DNA of 64,000 nucleotides, taken from positions 339 through 64,338 of IMG/VR virus record IMGVR_UViG_3300006919_000052; one strand, given 5' to 3'. The DNA comes from a virus (Duplodnaviria > Caudoviricetes). The notes beneath the pieces are model-generated. The model made no database searches, was not told the DNA's origin, and saw only the letters and a program-made list of their open reading frames with translations. Of this stretch, positions 1 to 8,825 are shown piece after piece (position 1 is the first letter of the stretch; the number at the start of each line of letters is the position of its first letter). The position numbers and the translations under genes were made by a program.

Positions 1-30
1 TAAAAGTATAAACGTTATAAATGATTTAAT

Positions 31-174
31 ATGATCAAAGCAAACGATTGGGTTGTATTTAATAATAAAAGAAAAAAGTGTTTTGGTATACACTTTAATA
101 ATAATATTTTAATAAAAATGAACGGCACCTTAGTACAGGTACCAAAATCAAAAGTAGAGTTATGGCAAAAATAG
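31..174 (+). CDS. hypothetical protein (47 aa, below ORF-track cutoff)
   Basis: ATG at 31, open to TAG at 172-174 (MIKANDWVVFNNKRKKCFG...), overlaps the next start. Confidence 0.55.
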   Translation: MIKANDWVVFNNKRKKCFGIHFNNNILIKMNGTLVQVPKSKVELWQK

Positions 175-392
175 AAAAACAAGTTTTACATCATTGCTTG
201 GATAAGGCAAAAGAATTTTTTAAATTAGGTGAGAGGGATAAGGCTAGAGACTATTGTGATATGGGAATTGGTTATGTTGCATCCAAAAAAGAAATGGGTG
301 CTGATGGAGAAGATTTAATTGAAGACGTTAAAATTAATTTATGGTTAGAACGTTTTTGGATGTTTTTAGAAAATAAAAATTTAATGTTATGA
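162..392 (+). CDS. hypothetical protein
   Basis: 76 aa ORF, ATGA-coupled to the next gene. Confidence 0.75.
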   Translation: MAKIEKQVLHHCLDKAKEFFKLGERDKARDYCDMGIGYVASKKEMGADGEDLIEDVKINLWLERFWMFLENKNLML

Positions 393-598
393 TAAGATAT
401 GATAGCGACCACTCAGAAAAATGGTGGGAATTACTATTTGGATGGAAATGGCCCCACCAAGGGTTAACATTTGGATATGATTTAGTAGAACCCCAAGACC
501 AACCAGAAAATGGATTATATTACCACACAGTATTAGTTTATTTAGGCCCTTTATCCATTATATATAATTTTGGTAACCATAAACACGATTCAGAATGA
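389..598 (+). CDS. hypothetical protein
   Basis: 69 aa ORF, ATGA overlaps at both ends. Confidence 0.7.
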   Translation: MIRYDSDHSEKWWELLFGWKWPHQGLTFGYDLVEPQDQPENGLYYHTVLVYLGPLSIIYNFGNHKHDSE

Positions 599-945
599 AA
601 TTAGATAGTTTATTATTAGGAGTAATTTATTTTGCTATTGGGCATATATTAGTATGGTTTCAATTAAATGGTCAGTTTTTTAAAATGGATTGGTTTAGAA
701 AAAATGAAATAATTGTAGCAGCACTTGGGTTTGTTATTTCATTCTTCTATATATGGGCTACTAAATATACAGTCGAATCATTTAATGGTTTATTATGGCC
801 TGCCCGATTTATTGGTTTTGCTATTGGGATTGCAATTTATGCTTTATTTGTAGCAATATTTTTTAATGAAGGTATTAGTGTAAAAACATTTATTAGTTTA
901 ATGTTATGTATAATATTAATATGTATCCAAGTATTTGGTAAGTAA
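595..945 (+). CDS. small 4-TM membrane protein (SMR/DMT-like size and topology)
   Basis: 116 aa with four hydrophobic segments. Confidence 0.6.
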   Translation: MKLDSLLLGVIYFAIGHILVWFQLNGQFFKMDWFRKNEIIVAALGFVISFFYIWATKYTVESFNGLLWPARFIGFAIGIAIYALFVAIFFNEGISVKTFISLMLCIILICIQVFGK

Positions 946-960
946 AATAAATAAAATAAA

Positions 961-1995
961 ATGGAAAAATACCTAAAGGATTTACATCCTGTTTTTAAAG
1001 AGACAAAACAATTAGTTTGTTGGGAAAGTTTTAATAAATATATTAATCATTCATCTAAAGTAAACACACTTCACCCTCATACTGAATGGTCTACTAATTT
1101 TTACAGATCAGATTATTTCCAAAAAAATAATTTAATATCTAAATATAAAAAAAAGATTAAGGATTATGATCATAAAGATAGACCAAACTTACTTACAAAT
1201 GAATATAAAATCAATTTAAAGGAACTTGTAAAATATGAAACAAACCAATCACAATTATCTATAGATAAGGTAGAAGATTTTATGTTAAAATCACTTCCTA
1301 TTCATAATAAAATATGGAGTTTAGGAATAAACCATTATAGAGGAGAATTTCAATGGTTATCTAGATTTTCTATGTGTAAAATGAATCATGAACATTTCCC
1401 AAACCAATATAAAGATTTTAAAGCCACAGTTAAAATTATTGAAGAGTATAATAAAACAGGTAAATTAAAAATAACAAAATCACAAGAATATCTTAGAGAT
1501 GGATATCATGATTTGATGAATGTGATGTGGGGATTTGCTGAGGTAGGAATAGGTGATAAAATATTAGATGGTTTAGATGTTTTATTAGAATTTGAAAAAT
1601 TATGTGGGGCACAAAAACGAATGGAAGATCAATTTTGGCCTAAAATAGATTTAGCATCCGGTTCATTAAGAAGAAGATTATCACTACTAATGATTAAGTC
1701 TAGTATTTATAAGGGGTTAGGTGAAGATAAAAAGAGAATTAAAGTTTTAAATGAGATTATAAACATGCATAGTAGTAAATGTAATTTTAGACCAATACAG
1801 TACTATGTAGGAGTAAATAGATTAACTGAAGCAGCTTTAAGTTTATATAAACTCCAACCCACTAAAGAAAATAAACAAAGAATATTAGAATACTATATTT
1901 CAGCTGAACCTCAAACTCATGACTATTATGAGTCCCCTAGAGAAAGAGCATTAATTACATTTGAAATATTAAAAACATTTGGACATATTGAATAA
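961..1995 (+). CDS. hypothetical helical protein, overlaps the radical SAM gene
   Basis: 344 aa ORF with A-rich leader; no motif recognised. Confidence 0.75.
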   Translation: MEKYLKDLHPVFKETKQLVCWESFNKYINHSSKVNTLHPHTEWSTNFYRSDYFQKNNLISKYKKKIKDYDHKDRPNLLTNEYKINLKELVKYETNQSQLSIDKVEDFMLKSLPIHNKIWSLGINHYRGEFQWLSRFSMCKMNHEHFPNQYKDFKATVKIIEEYNKTGKLKITKSQEYLRDGYHDLMNVMWGFAEVGIGDKILDGLDVLLEFEKLCGAQKRMEDQFWPKIDLASGSLRRRLSLLMIKSSIYKGLGEDKKRIKVLNEIINMHSSKCNFRPIQYYVGVNRLTEAALSLYKLQPTKENKQRILEYYISAEPQTHDYYESPRERALITFEILKTFGHIE

Positions 1996-2953
1996 TATAA
2001 TAAAACCATACATTGAACGTGCTGTTATCGAAATAAATGGGGGGTGTAATTACACTTGCCAAATGTGCCCTCAAACTAACCCAGGTAGACATAAGGGGTT
2101 TTTAAAACAAATGCCCTTAGATGAATTTGAGGGTTATGTTTTACAATGTGTAGATAAAGGAGTTAAAGTAGTTAATTTAGAAGGTTCAGGTGAAGCAACA
2201 TTAGTAAGAAAATTACCTGAATATATTAAAATATTAACTAAACATAATATTTTATCTTACATATTTTCAAATGGTTTTAAGTTTAAAGGGGACTATATGA
2301 AAAAATGTGTTGATGAGGGATTAAGCCGTATTCGTTTTTCAATTATAGGTTATGATAACGAAACATATAAAAAATGGATGAATAGAGATGCATTAGACTT
2401 AGTTAAAAATAATGCAATTCAAGCCCAGGAATATATATCAAAAACTAATGGTGTAACCGAAATAGCATCATATCATTTAATTACGGATAATGATCAAATT
2501 GATTATGAAATAGAACAATATAAGAAAAATTGGATTGAACCTACTAATGCATTAGCTGAAATTTGGAAAATGCATAATTGGTCAGGTGTGTATGAAAACC
2601 CTAATGAAAGAAAAGGTATAGTTAAAACTTGTGGTAGACCATTTGCACCTGAAATTACAATTAGAGCAGGTGGGTTAGATGGTAAAACAGGAGCAATACA
2701 TCCTTGTTGTCAAGTGCTAGGTAGAGATGAAGAGGCTGTACTAGGACATTTATCAGAAAACACATTTGATGAAATTTGGAATGGAGAAGAATATCAGAAA
2801 TTAAGACAAGGTCATATAACAGGGGATTATCCATCATACTGTAAAGGATGTGATTTTTTAATTGATGACCCCGAAGTATTAGTTTATACTAACCACAATA
2901 GAAGTGTTCATACACTTCCAGGAACTAATTTTACATTAGAAAATTATAGATAA
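1979..2953 (+). CDS. radical SAM enzyme with SPASM/twitch C-terminal domain
   Basis: CNYTCQMC (CxxxCxxC), GSGEAT, then CGRPF...HPCC...LGHL...IWNG...CKGC. Confidence 0.9.
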   Translation: MDILNNIIKPYIERAVIEINGGCNYTCQMCPQTNPGRHKGFLKQMPLDEFEGYVLQCVDKGVKVVNLEGSGEATLVRKLPEYIKILTKHNILSYIFSNGFKFKGDYMKKCVDEGLSRIRFSIIGYDNETYKKWMNRDALDLVKNNAIQAQEYISKTNGVTEIASYHLITDNDQIDYEIEQYKKNWIEPTNALAEIWKMHNWSGVYENPNERKGIVKTCGRPFAPEITIRAGGLDGKTGAIHPCCQVLGRDEEAVLGHLSENTFDEIWNGEEYQKLRQGHITGDYPSYCKGCDFLIDDPEVLVYTNHNRSVHTLPGTNFTLENYR

Positions 2954-3231
2954 TGAAAAAAACACTATTTAATAGACACTGGAGAAGAGCCATATTAAAA
3001 ACCATGGTTAGAGATAAAAGACTATCACCAATTGAAAGATTAGGAACCAGAATTGGTTATATGGGAGCTGGTTTTTTAATAGCTGGTCAATGGACTATAA
3101 ATCCAATTCTATTTATAATGGGATTCATTTGTGTACTAATACAAGTTAGTATTCGTAGACAATGGAATCTTGTAATACTACAATTAAACGGTTTAGTAGC
3201 GTGGACCATACATTTTATAAATTCATTATGA
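2953..3231 (+). CDS. small membrane protein
   Basis: 92 aa, basic N-terminus plus hydrophobic segments. Confidence 0.65.
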   Translation: MKKTLFNRHWRRAILKTMVRDKRLSPIERLGTRIGYMGAGFLIAGQWTINPILFIMGFICVLIQVSIRRQWNLVILQLNGLVAWTIHFINSL

Positions 3232-3386
3232 TAAAACAAACTAAAATAGAAGAAGCAAGAGCTATAATGGGTATGATTCTTCATTTAAAATCTCAAACTT
3301 CAACAGTAGAAACAAAAAAAACAATACAAACCTTACAACAAAAATTAGGAGAATTAAATCAACATATAGATGAGACCCATTTGTAA
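3228..3386 (+). CDS. hypothetical protein (start moved from 3162 to the ATGA-coupled ATG at 3228)
   Basis: MIKQTKIEEARAIMG..., coiled-coil-like. Confidence 0.55.
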   Translation: MIKQTKIEEARAIMGMILHLKSQTSTVETKKTIQTLQQKLGELNQHIDETHL

Positions 3387-3585
3387 TATAATTTATAAAG
3401 GTAATGTAGCATATAAAATACTTGATGTAATTGGTATCCATCATTTTTTAAATAGTGATGATAGTATTAATAAACAAGTATTAGGGTTATATGTACATGA
3501 AATAGGAGGTGGTCATGTTTTACAACGTGATAATGATTTTCTTATATGTAATGAAATTGAAGAAGCAATTATAATAAATGAATAG
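3370..3585 (+). CDS. hypothetical protein
   Basis: 71 aa ORF overlapping both neighbours. Confidence 0.65.
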   Translation: MRPICNIIYKGNVAYKILDVIGIHHFLNSDDSINKQVLGLYVHEIGGGHVLQRDNDFLICNEIEEAIIINE

Positions 3586-4330
3586 TATACCAGTTTTAGG
3601 AGTCGCTATTGTTAATGGTGTATATTGGTTAACAAAACAAGTAGCATCAATAGATTATCCAGTTGATAATTATATTGTAATTAACAATAATGGTAAAGGT
3701 GAAATTGATGATGATTTAAAAGCATTATCAAAAATTAAACATCCCTATATTAAAAATTTTAAAATAGTAAATTTACCCTCTAATTTGGGTTGTGGTGGTG
3801 CTTGGAATTTAATAATAAAAAGTTATATAACATCACCAGGATGGCTTATTACATCACATGATGTTAGTTTTACACCTGGATTTTTAGAAGAATTAAGTAT
3901 TAAATCTAATAATGAAGATATAGGATTAATATTTGGTCATGGGGGTGATTTTGGTTTAGGTTCATTTGATTTATTTTATATTAAAGATTGGGCGGTAAAT
4001 AATATAGGTTTATTTGATGAAAATTTATACCCAGCATATTGTGAAGATTGGGATTATATGATACGATTAAAACAAAATCCAATTAAAACCATATATAACT
4101 TAGAACATAAATATTATCATGGTGAAACATTTGATTATAATATATCAGGTAAACAAACATTAAAGCATGATAAACACTTATCTAAATTAATAATAGATGC
4201 TTGGGAACAGAATAAAGAATATATGCGATTAAAATGGGGTGATGGATGGGAAACATTTAATATATCAGATAGTCGAATAAATAAACCATTTGATTTAACA
4301 TTTAGACGAAAGAAATATTTAGGTTTCTAG
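3578..4330 (+). CDS. GT2-like glycosyltransferase
   Basis: IVINNNG, NLGCGGAWN, SHD, IGLFDENLYPAYCEDWDY motifs of GT-A/GT2 enzymes. Confidence 0.85.
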   Translation: MNSIPVLGVAIVNGVYWLTKQVASIDYPVDNYIVINNNGKGEIDDDLKALSKIKHPYIKNFKIVNLPSNLGCGGAWNLIIKSYITSPGWLITSHDVSFTPGFLEELSIKSNNEDIGLIFGHGGDFGLGSFDLFYIKDWAVNNIGLFDENLYPAYCEDWDYMIRLKQNPIKTIYNLEHKYYHGETFDYNISGKQTLKHDKHLSKLIIDAWEQNKEYMRLKWGDGWETFNISDSRINKPFDLTFRRKKYLGF

Positions 4331-4337
4331 CGAAACA

Positions 4338-4367
4338 TTTGGTTACCCGAGATAGGGTTCGTATATT
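4338..4367 (+). promoter_or_regulatory. class I (early/middle) promoter TTTGG-N17-CGTATATT
   Basis: TTTGG 4338-4342, CGTATATT 4360-4367; same 17-nt spacing at several other intergenic sites. Confidence 0.8.
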
Positions 4368-4400
4368 CACGGTATATTAATAAATAAAACAATAAAGGTT

Positions 4401-5144
4401 ATGTCAAATTTAGAAAATCAATTAGATTTATTTCAAGGAATATTATTAACAACTGAGCAAGAACAAGAAGTTGCTACTTGGATTGAAAATCAAGCTAAAA
4501 GAGCAGTTAAATCTCAAGATGAGGTTAACACAATAGCGTTAATGTTAGATAGAGCAGGTTTTGTTCAAAATAGAGATTATAAATGTAATTTTGAAGTTTT
4601 TGAAGTAACTCAAGAAAGAGAATTTGGTTATTCATATAATAATACAAATTTTACTAAAGAAGTTACTTATATGAATGCTGTAGGTAATGTTCATTTAATT
4701 ACTAATTGTATTCATGAAGGTGAAATGAAAAAATATAAGGCTAGTGTAAGTAGAGATGGTAATAAATTAATGTGTACTAGTATTACTGAGCAGTATAGAT
4801 ATTATATTCCAAGTTCATTATATACTAAATTTAAAGAACACAATGAGCGTAAAATAAATGAATTAGCACATACTAAAAAACAAGCAATTGCTTTAGATAT
4901 TATAGTTGCTAAATACCAGGAATTATATCCAAAAGCTGAGGTTGTTGTAGGTACAGATTACTATAGAAGATCTTATTCTTCATTTCCAATTGTTAAAGTT
5001 AAATTTGAATCGGGTAGTGAAATTAGTTTTACTTTAGGTTATGGTAATGAAATGGAAAAAGAAAGATTCCATAAAAAATATGATGCTGTAAAAGAAACTA
5101 CTGAAGCATTATTAGAAAGATTTAATAACCAAAAAGCTAAATAA
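4401..5144 (+). CDS. hypothetical early protein
   Basis: 247 aa ORF directly after the class I promoter and AATAAAGGTTATG leader. Confidence 0.85.
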   Translation: MSNLENQLDLFQGILLTTEQEQEVATWIENQAKRAVKSQDEVNTIALMLDRAGFVQNRDYKCNFEVFEVTQEREFGYSYNNTNFTKEVTYMNAVGNVHLITNCIHEGEMKKYKASVSRDGNKLMCTSITEQYRYYIPSSLYTKFKEHNERKINELAHTKKQAIALDIIVAKYQELYPKAEVVVGTDYYRRSYSSFPIVKVKFESGSEISFTLGYGNEMEKERFHKKYDAVKETTEALLERFNNQKAK

Positions 5145-5275
5145 TGAAAAAAAATAGACAATATAGATCAAATCAAGGACGTAGTCCAAAACAAATGGAA
5201 GGTTCATATAAAGTATTATTTATTTCATTTGTAGGAATGGTAATAACATTATTTTTAAGTTGTTTATTTTCATAA
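5144..5275 (+). CDS. small single-TM protein (43 aa)
   Basis: MKKNRQYRSNQGRSPKQMEGSYK plus hydrophobic tail; TAATG coupling. Confidence 0.65.
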   Translation: MKKNRQYRSNQGRSPKQMEGSYKVLFISFVGMVITLFLSCLFS

Positions 5276-5276
5276 T

Positions 5277-5366
5277 ATGATTGAATTAATAGAACATTTA
5301 TATCAAACAAACCAAATTAGTGTAGAAGTAAAACACCAATTAATTGATAAGTATTACAATAAATAG
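5277..5366 (+). CDS. hypothetical peptide (29 aa)
   Basis: MIELIEHLYQTNQISVEVKHQLIDKYYNK; fills the gap between neighbours. Confidence 0.5.
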   Translation: MIELIEHLYQTNQISVEVKHQLIDKYYNK

Positions 5367-5368
5367 AT

Positions 5369-5503
5369 ATGCAAGGTAAAGAGATTATTGAACGATTAAA
5401 GGACATAAAAAAAGATGTGTTAAATGTTGAATCAAAAAAGGCTATGTTAAAGATAGATTATTTAATTGATGATATTTATATGTACAAAAGTCAATCGTTA
5501 TGA
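5369..5503 (+). CDS. hypothetical protein (44 aa)
   Basis: MQGKEIIERLKDIKKD...; ATGA overlap with next ORF. Confidence 0.55.
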   Translation: MQGKEIIERLKDIKKDVLNVESKKAMLKIDYLIDDIYMYKSQSL

Positions 5504-5655
5504 GAAAAAAAAGGGCGTATTATGGGTGTGAAATAGAGTCACCTATCTATAGACAAATAGTAGCAGAAAAACGGGACAATAATGGATTACATTCCACAAT
5601 GAGCATGCCAATTAATGAATATAAAACAAAAAGAGGTAAACGAAGCTCTTTATAA
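5500..5655 (+). CDS. hypothetical protein (51 aa)
   Basis: MRKKRAYYGCEIESPIYRQIV... Confidence 0.55.
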   Translation: MRKKRAYYGCEIESPIYRQIVAEKRDNNGLHSTMSMPINEYKTKRGKRSSL

Positions 5656-5687
5656 CACAACATAATAATTTAATACGTATATACAAT

Positions 5688-5864
5688 ATGAGTGATAAAG
5701 CAAAAGCATGGTACAAAATTGAGGTTACACCGGGAGAAGAAGACGGTAGGGAACCATATGTGTTTAAAGTTGAGACTAAAGATATTGAATGGACAATGGA
5801 ACAATATCAACGTAACAGAGAACCGTTTGAATGGAAAATGTTAAATTGGAATATTAGAGTATAA
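5688..5864 (+). CDS. hypothetical protein (58 aa)
   Basis: MSDKAKAWYKIEV...ETKDIEWTMEQYQRNREPF; TAATG coupling. Confidence 0.65.
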   Translation: MSDKAKAWYKIEVTPGEEDGREPYVFKVETKDIEWTMEQYQRNREPFEWKMLNWNIRV

Positions 5865-6040
5865 TGTCTAAGAAATATCAATTTACATTCAAGGGAATAA
5901 AATATGAATGCATAGGTGAGAATAAGGAATTTGATATATTCCAGTTTAAATTTGCTATTAAAGATAAGCAATGGAATACAGTTAGAAACAGGATAACAAA
6001 TCAATTGAAATGGGGGCCAAATATAAAGATAGTGAAATAA
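5864..6040 (+). CDS. hypothetical protein (58 aa)
   Basis: MSKKYQFTFKGIKYEC...; coupled to the previous stop. Confidence 0.55.
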   Translation: MSKKYQFTFKGIKYECIGENKEFDIFQFKFAIKDKQWNTVRNRITNQLKWGPNIKIVK

Positions 6041-6351
6041 ATTATTGTTCGTGGTGTGGGTGTCCTACTATAATGGAAAAAATGCAATTAGCAGAATCGC
6101 CAATATTGGAGTTCATGGAACATAAAATTGATAAATTGGGGAGAGAACGTGTATGGAGTAATGGAGCGAATTGGAGCGAATTGGATTTAGATTCAGACGA
6201 TGAAGCGGAATTGTTAGTGTACGATGAGATGTTAAACAGTATATCATTAAAGCATGTGTGTGAACAATGTATATTGACTGATAATGAATTATGGAAAAAA
6301 TATTATAACGATGATAACGAAAATGAAATTAGGTTTGACGCTGATTTTTAA
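6010..6351 (+). CDS. hypothetical protein with two CxxC pairs (possible Zn ribbon)
   Basis: CSWC and CEQC, acidic. Confidence 0.65.
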   Translation: MGAKYKDSEINYCSWCGCPTIMEKMQLAESPILEFMEHKIDKLGRERVWSNGANWSELDLDSDDEAELLVYDEMLNSISLKHVCEQCILTDNELWKKYYNDDNENEIRFDADF

Positions 6352-6438
6352 GCGTCTAAATAGACTGAATAGTATAATGGTAAAAGGATTATATAAAACG
6401 AGTTGGGGCAAATTTTAAACAATTAAATAAGTAAATAT

Positions 6439-6543
6439 ATGAGTAGAAAATTAGTTAAACATTTATTGGAAACAAACTTTATGAGCATAGGTGATAAAGT
6501 TAAGCATTTAAGGAAACCGTTTAAACGTAAACCAAAAAAGTAA
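6439..6543 (+). CDS. basic peptide (34 aa)
   Basis: MSRKLVKHLLETNFMSIGDKVKHLRKPFKRKPKK; TAATG coupling. Confidence 0.45.
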   Translation: MSRKLVKHLLETNFMSIGDKVKHLRKPFKRKPKK

Positions 6544-6824
6544 TGGCATTAATAGAAAAAAGTATAGCACTAGCTAGTGTTGATGGTTATCAATCTGATG
6601 GTACAATCATAGTTGATATTACTGTAGATGAATTTCTGAGTAATATGAGTGTTGATGATAAAAAACAATTGATTGAATGGGTAAATGGAGCGACACCTAA
6701 AATATCATTTAAGGGTAATAATGTAGTACCGTTTGATGAGTTACCTAAACCTGAACCACCTAAGATGCATAAGTTAACTGATAAGGAAGTTAAGCAATTG
6801 AAGCAGCAAGGTAAAATCAAATAA
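6543..6824 (+). CDS. hypothetical protein
   Basis: 93 aa ORF. Confidence 0.65.
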   Translation: MALIEKSIALASVDGYQSDGTIIVDITVDEFLSNMSVDDKKQLIEWVNGATPKISFKGNNVVPFDELPKPEPPKMHKLTDKEVKQLKQQGKIK

Positions 6825-6923
6825 TAATCACTGTGGGTAAAGCGAGCCATAAACAACGGTACATGCAATTGATGGAGTGGTTAACTACATTGAAATACAA
6901 ACGTAATAAACATAATAAAACGT

Positions 6924-7055
6924 ATGACAACAAACCAACTAGTTAATATGCTTAGGCAATTAATGCGTGATGAACCAAATGATATGTCGTTTGGGGAATT
7001 GGCGAGACAAATAATTGGCAAGTATGAGCAACAACAATCAACGTCTGATCTATAA
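6924..7055 (+). CDS. hypothetical protein (43 aa)
   Basis: MTTNQLVNMLRQLMRDEPNDMSFGELAR..., A-rich leader. Confidence 0.55.
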   Translation: MTTNQLVNMLRQLMRDEPNDMSFGELARQIIGKYEQQQSTSDL

Positions 7056-7191
7056 TATTTGGATATTGAAACATATGTAGATTCATATAGTAGTATATGT
7101 TCAAATGTGGGTTAGGATATGATATAAGAGCGAGGTGGTGTTAACCCCTGTGCAGCGCAAGCCAACCTATTTCGACTCGAACAGTATATAC

Positions 7192-7308
7192 TTGTGAACA
7201 AATGAGAATAATGCAATTGCCACACGTGAACATCTTATGAACAATGAGGTATATTCAATAAACATATGTTTAAATTGGGCATATGACAATTCCAAATGGT
7301 GTTCACAA
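7192..7308. repeat. TGAACA/TGTTCA motif cluster with 9-bp inverted repeat and 14-bp palindrome
   Basis: TTGTGAACA 7192-7200 and TGTTCACAA 7300-7308; GTGAACA 7226-7232; TGAACA 7238-7243; TAAACATATGTTTA 7259-7272. Confidence 0.6.
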
Positions 7309-7335
7309 CGATTCATAACGGCTTATGCTTAAACA

Positions 7336-7365
7336 TTTGGCTACCGCAATAAATTTTCGTATATT
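7336..7365 (+). promoter_or_regulatory. class I promoter TTTGG-N17-CGTATATT
   Basis: TTTGG 7336-7340, CGTATATT 7358-7365, followed by AATAAAGGTTATG. Confidence 0.8.
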
Positions 7366-7396
7366 TAGATATAATAATTAATAAACAATAAAGGTT

Positions 7397-7534
7397 ATGA
7401 TGTATTTAATGGTAGATAATGGAGATAACATGGAAACGATATATAAATCAGATAATATCGATGACATGAATGTATATCAGAATAAAGCAATTGCATTGTG
7501 GGGTGCCGACAATGTGATGGTAACTACCAAATAA
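7397..7534 (+). CDS. hypothetical early peptide (45 aa)
   Basis: MMYLMVDNGDNMETIYKSDNIDD...; own promoter and conserved leader. Confidence 0.65.
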   Translation: MMYLMVDNGDNMETIYKSDNIDDMNVYQNKAIALWGADNVMVTTK

Positions 7535-7776
7535 CTTAATTTACATATAATAATGTTCACCGTGGTACTCCTTACCGCGGTGATACTCCTATACGCCATA
7601 CTGAATACTATATTATCCCCCATGCATGCGTACGTATGTACATTGATAATACCATACGCGTTAATATCCATATAGCGTGTATATGCGAGGGAAAGGATGT
7701 AGCACAATTTATAGCTCGTACACGATCTTACACCATCGATTGTATATACTTATATAGTGTATATTAATATATAGTG

Positions 7777-7802
7777 AAGCCCCCAATTAAGGGGGCTTTT
7801 TT
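7777..7802 (+). terminator. intrinsic terminator
   Basis: AAGCCCCC-AATTAA-GGGGGCTT followed by TTTT; lies between convergent transcription units. Confidence 0.85.
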
Positions 7803-7890
7803 CCATTAAATACCAAAATTTAGAAAACAGTAAAATGGCAACCTTCTTTTTTCAAAACTTTTTTGGCATCGAGGAAAATATATACTTATA

Positions 7891-8268
7891 TTATTTACTT
7901 CGTTTAAAATATTTTATTAATATAGAAGCAGTTCTATAATTAGTTGCCAGTGGTACATCATGCACATCACATAACCTCATTAACATACTAATATCTACAT
8001 CATGGGGGTGTTTATCTAATGGGTCTCTCATGAATACTACTCCAGTTATCTCACCTCTTACCACCATAGCAGCAATTTCTGCATCCCCACCTAATGGACC
8101 TGAATTTACTGTCTCAACGTTATCTATCCCCGCATGCTTTACTTTCTTCCCCGTTGTACCTGTTGTAATAATTTTTACATCTTTTCGGTTAAAGAATGGT
8201 AAACGTTTAGATACAAACGCGACCATGTCTGCTTTTTTGTTATCGTGTGCTATTAATGCAAATTTCAT
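7891..8268 (-). CDS. mgsA: methylglyoxal synthase
   Basis: ALIAHDNKK, TGTTG, SGPLGGD, DPL..HPHDVD, LRLCDVHDVPLATN-like signature. Confidence 0.95.
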   Translation of the reverse strand: MKFALIAHDNKKADMVAFVSKRLPFFNRKDVKIITTGTTGKKVKHAGIDNVETVNSGPLGGDAEIAAMVVRGEITGVVFMRDPLDKHPHDVDISMLMRLCDVHDVPLATNYRTASILIKYFKRSK

Positions 8269-8676
8269 TTAAAATCTATCAATTACATTAGGGTCTTGAC
8301 CCAATATTTTAATATTAGTTTTTATTTGTTGTATTTCTCTTAAAACATCATTTACATTTTTATTAAATACTTGATTCGATTCTCCTAGTTTATTATTAGT
8401 TGCATTAGCCAATTTCCTTACCATACCTAATTCCTTATTTATTTCAGCCACCGAACTATATTGATCCTTTTCTAACTTTGATAATAAATCATTTGATACA
8501 TCTTTTAAATTTTTTAAATCTTCATCTAATTCCCTATGTCTAATAGAGGAGATATTTTGGAATGACTGTAAGCGCGCCAGTGCATCGTGATAATTTGATT
8601 GATTTTTACGCAATAATACAATTGCATATACGGTACCTATTGATAAGACCCCACTAATAAAGTATAATAATTCCAT
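8269..8676 (-). CDS. N-terminally anchored coiled-coil membrane protein
   Basis: N-terminal TM then heptad-like region; directly upstream of mgsA. Confidence 0.75.
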   Translation of the reverse strand: MELLYFISGVLSIGTVYAIVLLRKNQSNYHDALARLQSFQNISSIRHRELDEDLKNLKDVSNDLLSKLEKDQYSSVAEINKELGMVRKLANATNNKLGESNQVFNKNVNDVLREIQQIKTNIKILGQDPNVIDRF

Positions 8677-8707
8677 TTTAATGTTTTATGTGTTTTATAT
8701 TGTGTCC

Positions 8708-8737
8708 AATATACGAACTCTAATCCACCATATCACA
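8708..8737 (-). promoter_or_regulatory. class I promoter variant TGTGA-N17-CGTATATT driving the mgsA pair
   Basis: + strand AATATACG 8708-8715 and TCACA 8733-8737. Confidence 0.55.
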
Positions 8738-8825
8738 TAATTTTATAAAGTAATTGTAAATAATATGATATATACGTATAGATGGATGTGAATATGTAAG
8801 AGAGAAAGAGTCGTTTTTCCCCTAT

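Noticed and set aside
7128-7185. tRNA-like fragment (TTCGACTC)
   Set aside because: No acceptor, D or anticodon stems could be folded around it.
7477-7707. 76-aa minus-strand ORF over the palindrome patch
   Set aside because: Atypical codon usage, no leader, and overlaps the better-supported plus-strand ORF 7397-7534.
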